A stretch of 64,000 nt of DNA, from the NCBI GenBank assembly GCA_963931425.1, contig OZ007015.1:1517268-1581267 (forward strand), in the 5' to 3' direction. The notes below the pieces were generated by a model that was given only the letters and a program-made list of their open reading frames with translations, did no database searches and was not told where the DNA came from. The translations under genes were made by a program, and so were the position numbers. This document shows positions 57,901 to 64,000 of this stretch, in pieces; positions within the stretch are counted from its first letter, which is position 1, and each line of letters starts with the position of its first letter. The DNA comes from Prevotella sp. CAG:1058. GTDB taxonomy: Bacteria; Bacteroidota; Bacteroidia; Bacteroidales; Bacteroidaceae.

Positions 57901-57958
57901 CAAGAACCCGTATCCGCGTCCAATGAGCTTCCAGATCGGTGTCAACCTGAACTTCTAA
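54935..57958 (+). CDS. susC: SusC-like TonB-dependent transporter
   Basis: [33 protein letters not shown]...[27 protein letters not shown], C-terminal GVNLNF. Confidence 0.97.
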   Translation: [1007 protein letters not shown]

Positions 57959-58006
57959 TGTTCAAAGTGTTAATGTTTTACTTATAATCATCAAAGAGTA
58001 ATAACA

Positions 58007-59686
58007 ATGAAAAAGATATTTTCAAATACGATAGCTGCGGCTGTATTGACGTTGGGTCTGACCGGTTGCGTCAATGACCTTGACATCAGCTCAATCGACT
58101 CGCAGACAAAACCGAGCGCAACAGATATGGAACTGTTGGCAAAATGCTACTCCACGCTCGGTGTTACAGGACAGCGAGGCCCTGCAGGCAATGCCGACCT
58201 TGCCGGAATTGAAGACGAGGGAGAGTCTGGTTTCTACCGCACTACGTTCAACTGCCAGGAACTGATGACTGACGAATGTGCATGGGCATGGCAGGACAAC
58301 CAGGACATAGCTCCGTTCACCATGATTTCATGGAACTCAGGCAGCGTGCGCACCCAGTGGGTTTATACACGTCTTACTTATAACATCACTCTCTTCAACA
58401 GTTATCTGAGCCAGGTTGCCGACAACGAGGAAAACAGCCAGTATCGTGCAGAGGTGCGTTTCCTCCGTGCATTGAATTATTGGTATTTGCTTGACTTGTT
58501 TGGCAAGGCTCCGTTTAAGACAGAGTTCAATATAACCGACCTGCCTGTTGAGTACAGCGGTGAAAAACTTTATGAATGGCTTGATCAGGAGCTGACAGAG
58601 ATTGAACCTCTCATGGCAGAGCCAGGCTCATTCTGCAACACTGAGAACTTCGGTCGTGCAGACCGTGGCGCAGCCTATATGCTCCATGCGCGTCTGGCAC
58701 TTAATTCTGAGGTTTACACCAAGGGCAAAGTGAAAGATTATCAGAAAGCAATTGATTGCTGCGACCTGTTGATTGGTAATAGTACTTATGGCCTTTCAAC
58801 TCAGGAGAAGAACGGATTCTCAGGTTATCAGCAGCTGTTCATGGCTGACAACGACGAGAACCCTGAAGCAATGAAGGAGATAATCTTCCCGATACGTCAG
58901 GACGGACAGAAGACACGTTGCCACAGCGGTGCTATGTATGTTGTAAACTCTATGCGCGCAGCCGGAATGCCTAATATGGGTACAACAAACGGATGGCAGT
59001 GTTTGTTCGCACGCAGAGCTTTGATACAGAAGTTCTTCCCGAATCTTTCAGATTGTCCTATATCAACAGAGCCTGCTCCTGCTGATGCTAATGAGGCTAA
59101 AATCATGGAGCTTGACCAGCAGGACGGCTCTTCAACTGCACAGATTATAGCCAAGGCCGGCGACAAGCGCGCTTTGTTCTACGCAGGACGCGGTGGCGGT
59201 ATCCGTACGCTTTATCCTGAGGCAATTACAGCCTTTACTAATGGTCTGTCAATCGTTAAGTGGGACAACCACCGTTCAGACCTTCAGCTAACTCATGACC
59301 AGACTGAATATCCTGATGTAGACCTGCCGTTGTTCCGTCTGGCTGAGGCTTATCTTACACGTGCCGAGGCCAAGTGGCGCAAGAGCGGTAACCTGGCTGA
59401 CGCACAGGCTGACATCGACGTAATCCGCAACCGTGCAGGTGCTGCCAAGATGACAATCACAAGCGAGGAGGACATCCTCGACGAGTGGTGCCGCGAGTTC
59501 TACGTTGAAGGACGCCGCCGCAGCGACCTCGTACGCTTTGACCGCTTCACAGGTGGTAAGTATCTTTGGGACTGGAAGGGTGGTGCGCCCAACGGAACTT
59601 CCGTTGATCCTCACTTCAACGTGTTCCCGATACCTTACGACGAATGTCTTAACAACAAGAATCTGACTCAGAACGAGGGATATTAA
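58007..59686 (+). CDS. susD: SusD-like surface lipoprotein
   Basis: Lipobox TGC-VNDLD, EVRFLRALNYWYLLDLFG, FRLAEAYL..AEA, EFYVEGRRRSDLVRF, TQNEGY. Confidence 0.96.
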   Translation: MKKIFSNTIAAAVLTLGLTGCVNDLDISSIDSQTKPSATDMELLAKCYSTLGVTGQRGPAGNADLAGIEDEGESGFYRTTFNCQELMTDECAWAWQDNQDIAPFTMISWNSGSVRTQWVYTRLTYNITLFNSYLSQVADNEENSQYRAEVRFLRALNYWYLLDLFGKAPFKTEFNITDLPVEYSGEKLYEWLDQELTEIEPLMAEPGSFCNTENFGRADRGAAYMLHARLALNSEVYTKGKVKDYQKAIDCCDLLIGNSTYGLSTQEKNGFSGYQQLFMADNDENPEAMKEIIFPIRQDGQKTRCHSGAMYVVNSMRAAGMPNMGTTNGWQCLFARRALIQKFFPNLSDCPISTEPAPADANEAKIMELDQQDGSSTAQIIAKAGDKRALFYAGRGGGIRTLYPEAITAFTNGLSIVKWDNHRSDLQLTHDQTEYPDVDLPLFRLAEAYLTRAEAKWRKSGNLADAQADIDVIRNRAGAAKMTITSEEDILDEWCREFYVEGRRRSDLVRFDRFTGGKYLWDWKGGAPNGTSVDPHFNVFPIPYDECLNNKNLTQNEGY

Positions 59687-59781
59687 TTAATATTGGACCC
59701 GGCACCGGGATAAAATCCGGTATACTCCGCTTTTTCCCGGTCTGCCCAATGGAAGAATAACAACTTAAACGAGAAACGAAC

Positions 59782-60951
59782 ATGAAAAATATAATTAAAA
59801 GTCTGTTAGCTCCAGCCGTGGCCTTGGCCGTGTTGCCGTTCATGGCCTCATGCGAGACTGACACGGACAGCAATCCGACGCTGCAACATCCGACGTCGTT
59901 CGTGCTCAATACTCCGGCTTATGCCGAGAATAATGTTTACGATCTGGCTAACTCGGAAAGCGTCAACCTCACAACGACGCAGCCCGACTATGGTTTCCCC
60001 GTTGTCACCACATACGAAGTTCAGGTGTCACTCAACCAGGCGTTTACCGAGGTTACAGGAGCCGAAGTTCCTGAAACAGTGAATTACGAAACCCTCATGA
60101 GCACATACGACAAGGCCAACATGGACGTCAGTGCCGAGGAAATGAATAATGCCATTGTGTCTTTGTACCAGCAGGATTTCGGCGGCGACCCGTCAGGCAA
60201 GGTCCTTGACGTTTACGTACGTCTTGCCGCACATGTGGCAAATGCCGACAATAGCTATTGCTATTCTAACGTGATAAAACTTCCGGTGGTTGTTTCATAC
60301 ATTGCAACAATGCCTAAGGTCGTTTATGTTGCGGCTGAGTCTATACACGGAGGCACTGAGGGCAAGGCCCTTGCACCTGTATTCGGTCTGGATGCCCAGT
60401 GGTACGGCATGGTTTACATGTCAGCCGGAGCTTCCCTCACTTGGGGCGATGCAGATGCCCAGGATAACGGTGCTGCCGTTACAACTTTTGACGACCAGGC
60501 CGATGCTGGACTTTCCGAGGCTGCCGACGGCGGTATAGCCTTTGCAAATGCAGGCTGGTACGTGCTCCATTTCAGTGCTTCGATTGCCGACAATACATTG
60601 ACTTCAAAGCTTACCGTTTATCCGGGCGAGGCTTATGTTATCGGTACAGTCATGTCACAGTCTACATGGGGACACGATCCCGCAACGCAGCTTACTGCTC
60701 CTGCCGACGCTTCAGGCGAGTGGGTTTCTCCCAAGTTCCTTGCAGGCGGCGAGCTTCGTGCAAGCATCAAGGTGCCCGGTCTCGACTGGTGGCGCACCGA
60801 GTTCACCCTTTACAAGGGCGATCTTTACTGGCGCAACTGCGACATTCCTGACAACTGGGCTGTTAATGTCGGAAGCGACTATTCTGTAAGTTGCTCTGTC
60901 GGACAGAAACTCTATGTTAACTTCGATTACGACACAGGCCGTGTTGAATAA
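59782..60951 (+). CDS. SusE-like starch-binding lipoprotein
   Basis: Lipobox ASC-ETDTD, NLTTTQPDYG, DWWRTEF. Located after susD. Confidence 0.8.
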   Translation: MKNIIKSLLAPAVALAVLPFMASCETDTDSNPTLQHPTSFVLNTPAYAENNVYDLANSESVNLTTTQPDYGFPVVTTYEVQVSLNQAFTEVTGAEVPETVNYETLMSTYDKANMDVSAEEMNNAIVSLYQQDFGGDPSGKVLDVYVRLAAHVANADNSYCYSNVIKLPVVVSYIATMPKVVYVAAESIHGGTEGKALAPVFGLDAQWYGMVYMSAGASLTWGDADAQDNGAAVTTFDDQADAGLSEAADGGIAFANAGWYVLHFSASIADNTLTSKLTVYPGEAYVIGTVMSQSTWGHDPATQLTAPADASGEWVSPKFLAGGELRASIKVPGLDWWRTEFTLYKGDLYWRNCDIPDNWAVNVGSDYSVSCSVGQKLYVNFDYDTGRVE

Positions 60952-61065
60952 CAAGGACGGTTCATCGGGTTTTGCGGTTGTCAGGCCGTCATCAGGCATG
61001 GTGGCCGTAAAACCTGAAGACAAATCCTTAAAACAACCTTATAACTATAAATAAAGAAAATCATC

Positions 61066-62541
61066 ATGAAAAAGATAATGTTTTTAGGCGGTCTGCTTCT
61101 TTCGGCCATGACGTTCGTTGGCTGTAGCGACGATTTCACCGACTGGGCCTCACCGCAGACCAATCCGCAGGAAGATGCGATTGAATTGCCAGGCTACACG
61201 GCTTCGGCAGTTACGACGTCCATCGACCTTTCAACAGTCACAGGCGACAGCGTCCAGGTATTGACCTTGTCAGACGCTACCCTTCCCGAAGGTGCAGTGG
61301 TATCCAATACCCGCGTAGAACTCCTGCCTGATGGCGACGAGACAGCTACTGCCGTAACGCTCGCCGTTGACAATGAAGGCCGTGTAGGCAAGGCTGACCT
61401 CCAGGCCACAATTGAAGGCTTCTACGGCAAGCGTCCTGAAGCGCGTACCTTGGTCGGACATGTTTATTCAAACGTCATGATCAACGGACAGGCTTTCCTT
61501 GTAGACGCACAGACTATAAACGTAGTAGCTACTCCTGACGCACCTTTCATCGCGTCAGCTTACTACATTGTCGGTAATATGACAGACTGGTTTAATGGTG
61601 ATCCTATCAAGTTCAGTCATTCTGACGTAAATGTATACGACGATCCGGTGTTTACAGTTTCATTCACTGCTCCGGCAGACTGCTACTGGAAGATAATTCC
61701 TCAGAATAACATAGACAGTGGCGATCTCGAACATACTGGTGAAGACGGTGTCGTAGGTGTGGCTGAAAATGGTGATGTCTCTATGGAAGGCTCACTTGTC
61801 ACAGGCGACGGTGTTGGCGCAGGCCGCATCCTGAATGCCGGAATGTATCTTATGACCATTAACATGATGGAGTACACTTATAAGATTGAGGAAATGGCTG
61901 CAACATACTATTTGGTCGGCGATTTCGGCGGTGCTGCTTCTTGGGACATAAGTAACTTTAATTATGCGTTATATCCGCAAACTACGACCACTCAGAGCTA
62001 TACTACCAAGTGGACAGGTTCAGGCAGCTTCAAGTTCTTCACCGAGGCTAACAATTGGGATAGTGCATACGGAGCTGAATTAGGCACGACTGCCGGAGCT
62101 GCATCTGGAACGTTGGCTTCTAATGCAAACAATGGTGCTGACAATATTTCTGTACCTGAGGTTGGTGCATATTATACTTTCACTGTCGATATGTCAGCAA
62201 TGACTTATACATGGACAAAATGTGATGAGTCAACAATAGTAGATTACAACACTATAGGCCTTATCGGAGTAAACGGCGACTGGAGTGACAATAGCGATGT
62301 ATTCCTGACACAGGTAACTTCTCACAACTGGTATGTTGAGGTTGACGTAACTTCAGATTGCGAAGTCAAGTTCCGTGTTGACGGTAACTGGAATGTAATG
62401 GATTGGGGTGCTGACGTTAATATCGCAGACCAGTCTTACGGCACAGGTACTAAGGGTGGTGCTAACATCAAGTTGCCTGCCGGCAAGTACAAAGTTTACT
62501 TCAACGACATAACAGGACAGTTCTTGTTCCTCGCTGAATAA
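61066..62541 (+). CDS. SusE/SusF-like (DUF5115-like) lipoprotein with tandem CBM-like modules
   Basis: Lipobox VGC-SDDFTDW, YYIVGNMTDW, KFSHSDVNVYDDPVF, VKFRVDGNW..DWG, GKYKVYFNDITG. Confidence 0.8.
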   Translation: MKKIMFLGGLLLSAMTFVGCSDDFTDWASPQTNPQEDAIELPGYTASAVTTSIDLSTVTGDSVQVLTLSDATLPEGAVVSNTRVELLPDGDETATAVTLAVDNEGRVGKADLQATIEGFYGKRPEARTLVGHVYSNVMINGQAFLVDAQTINVVATPDAPFIASAYYIVGNMTDWFNGDPIKFSHSDVNVYDDPVFTVSFTAPADCYWKIIPQNNIDSGDLEHTGEDGVVGVAENGDVSMEGSLVTGDGVGAGRILNAGMYLMTINMMEYTYKIEEMAATYYLVGDFGGAASWDISNFNYALYPQTTTTQSYTTKWTGSGSFKFFTEANNWDSAYGAELGTTAGAASGTLASNANNGADNISVPEVGAYYTFTVDMSAMTYTWTKCDESTIVDYNTIGLIGVNGDWSDNSDVFLTQVTSHNWYVEVDVTSDCEVKFRVDGNWNVMDWGADVNIADQSYGTGTKGGANIKLPAGKYKVYFNDITGQFLFLAE

Positions 62542-62568
62542 TCAGCAACAGAGTAACTGCTTAACAAT

Positions 62569-62614
62569 AAGCCGCTTGCATGGATTAGCAAAATCGCTGT
62601 GCAGGCGGCTTTTT
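62569..62614 (+). terminator. Terminator ending the sus operon
   Basis: AAGCCGCTTGCA ... TGCAGGCGGCTT followed by TTT. Confidence 0.8.
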
Positions 62615-62623
62615 CTATTATGG

Positions 62624-63523
62624 TTATTCATATATTCCGTTATTGTAATCGACAAGATATTGTGTGAATGTTTTTCCTGTTTGTTTCTTGAAAAATCGCA
62701 TCAGATGGCTTGGGTCTGAGAAATTAAAATAGTCAGCCAGCTGACTGATATTATGTTCCGAGAAAAGCAGCTCATTTTTCACAGCTTCCAGTAGTCGTTG
62801 TTTTATTAAATGGTTGGCCGAAACTCCGAACTGTGATGTTACGGCATTGTTCAGTGTCACACGGCTGATATGTAACATTTCTGCATATTCTGTAACTCTT
62901 TGTTTCTTGTTTATATGTTTTTCCAACAGATGCTTAAATTGAAAAGCGTAGTTGTTTTTGGGAATGTCAGCAGGTAGTCCCCAGACTTTCGCGTACTGTC
63001 TGTTGATAATCAGCAGGAGATAGTAAAGCACGGAAACGATAATGTGGTAGCTGTCTGTTGCCGGATGTGTCAGTTCTTGTTTTATTTTTTTAAGGAGATC
63101 AATATATTCATCTGATTCCTCTTTTTCTGCTGATAAATATGGAGGAGTGTCCGTCTGATAATAATAGTGGAGGCGGTATACAAAAAGTTTGTCTGCAATA
63201 AATGTACGTATAAAGTCTTCACGAAATATGAGAAATGAGTATTTCAACTCTTTTTCATCTACATGCCATTCTTGCTTTTGGTGTGGAGACAGGAGCAGCA
63301 CCATTTTGTCCCGCAGGTCAATTCTTCTAAAATTAAGAATAAGATAACCGTTTGCCTTGTTGAAAAAGAAAAATTCAAAAAAGTCAGTCTTGAATACTTT
63401 GTATTCCGTGAGCACACCACAGATGTCTTTGTCTGTGCCTGTGTTGATGTAAAAATCAACATTACATTCAGTCTTGCTGAACGGAACACTGACGAGTCTT
63501 TCAGGATTAGTTGTTTCTTTCAT
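62624..63523 (-). CDS. AraC family transcriptional regulator (AT-rich)
   Basis: C-terminal double HTH: VTEYAEMLHIS, ISQLADYFNFSDPSHLMRFFKKQTG. -7 box TATCTTTG at 63546-63539. Confidence 0.92.
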   Translation of the reverse strand: MKETTNPERLVSVPFSKTECNVDFYINTGTDKDICGVLTEYKVFKTDFFEFFFFNKANGYLILNFRRIDLRDKMVLLLSPHQKQEWHVDEKELKYSFLIFREDFIRTFIADKLFVYRLHYYYQTDTPPYLSAEKEESDEYIDLLKKIKQELTHPATDSYHIIVSVLYYLLLIINRQYAKVWGLPADIPKNNYAFQFKHLLEKHINKKQRVTEYAEMLHISRVTLNNAVTSQFGVSANHLIKQRLLEAVKNELLFSEHNISQLADYFNFSDPSHLMRFFKKQTGKTFTQYLVDYNNGIYE

Positions 63524-63652
63524 ATTGTGTGTTTTCTGCAAAGATAATACATTCATTTATCAAAATGGCATATTTCCCGGTTATTTGGGCATAGTGCTTT
63601 CTGTAGATTTTATCGAACTTTGCAGGCGTAAAACTTATAAAGAAAAATGTTT

Positions 63653-64000
63653 ATGGAAGAGAGAACTGTTATAAGATTGGTGCGTAATGCGACATTGAGG
63701 ATTCATTATTCAGGCATGAACATACTCGTTGACCCAATGCTGGCAGAGAAGGGAACATTGCAGTCTGCACTTGGTGTTTATAATACTCCTCGGGTACATC
63801 TGACTATGCCAGTCAATGAGATAGTTGAAGATTTGGATATGGTACTGCTTACGCATAATCACATAGATCATTATGACCCGACTGTAAAATATCTTTTACC
63901 GAAAGACATTCCGTTTTATACGCAACCCCAAGATAAGGATGCAATCATGCTTGACGGTTTTACAGAGGTTGTGGCTATTGATAAAAGTAAAGTCATAGAC
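63653..64000 (+). CDS. Metallo-beta-lactamase-fold hydrolase (partial, runs off the window; absent from the ORF track)
   Basis: Manual translation: MEERTVIRLVRNATLRIHYSGMNILVDPML...LLTHNHIDHYD (HxHxDH). Confidence 0.88.
   Translation, partial: MEERTVIRLVRNATLRIHYSGMNILVDPMLAEKGTLQSALGVYNTPRVHLTMPVNEIVEDLDMVLLTHNHIDHYDPTVKYLLPKDIPFYTQPQDKDAIMLDGFTEVVAIDKSKVID

Noticed and set aside
63653-64000. Calling the MBL-fold gene a beta-lactamase
   Set aside because: HxHxDH is shared by many non-resistance hydrolases, no signal peptide is visible, and the gene is truncated by the window.

Overview
A 64 kb window of a Bacteroidales chromosome, most likely Prevotellaceae-like. This is inferred from TAnnTTTG promoters, SusC/D genes, T9SS cargo proteins and gene order. 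Positions 1-27 kb are mostly housekeeping genes: tlpA-like, nadK, pdxJ, DJ-1, ispD, recG, M16 peptidase, DUF2975/Xre, a PCMD-Omp85-phosphoethanolamine transferase trio, xerD, aroQ, rbfA, comM/yifB, tRNA-Leu, tRNA-Gly, argH and pyrE. Positions 27.8-40.7 kb hold three large T9SS-secreted proteins: a repeat protein, an M6 metalloprotease-adhesin and a 2244-aa cleaved-adhesin/FN3/propeller protein. Positions 41-52 kb hold a YtrA-type GntR/ABC operon with a visible operator, followed by a MacAB-TolC-like exporter. Positions 52-62.5 kb are a starch/maltose-type Sus locus with no glycosidase in the window. The end is an AT-rich AraC plus metallo-beta-lactamase-fold pair. The most unusual signals are non-coding. 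(1) A dispersed element occurs at 8 intergenic sites, built from 15-bp palindromes at an exact 22-bp period and anchored by a 27-bp palindrome (GYAAC-N4-TGAWWWTCA-N4-GTTRC). (2) A 700-bp cassette bounded by inverted REP-like hairpins carries an AT-rich orphan Imm51-like immunity gene with its own promoter, between pyrE and an SRPBCC gene. No CRISPR array, transposase or prophage was seen. All family assignments come from motif recognition by eye, not from database searches.
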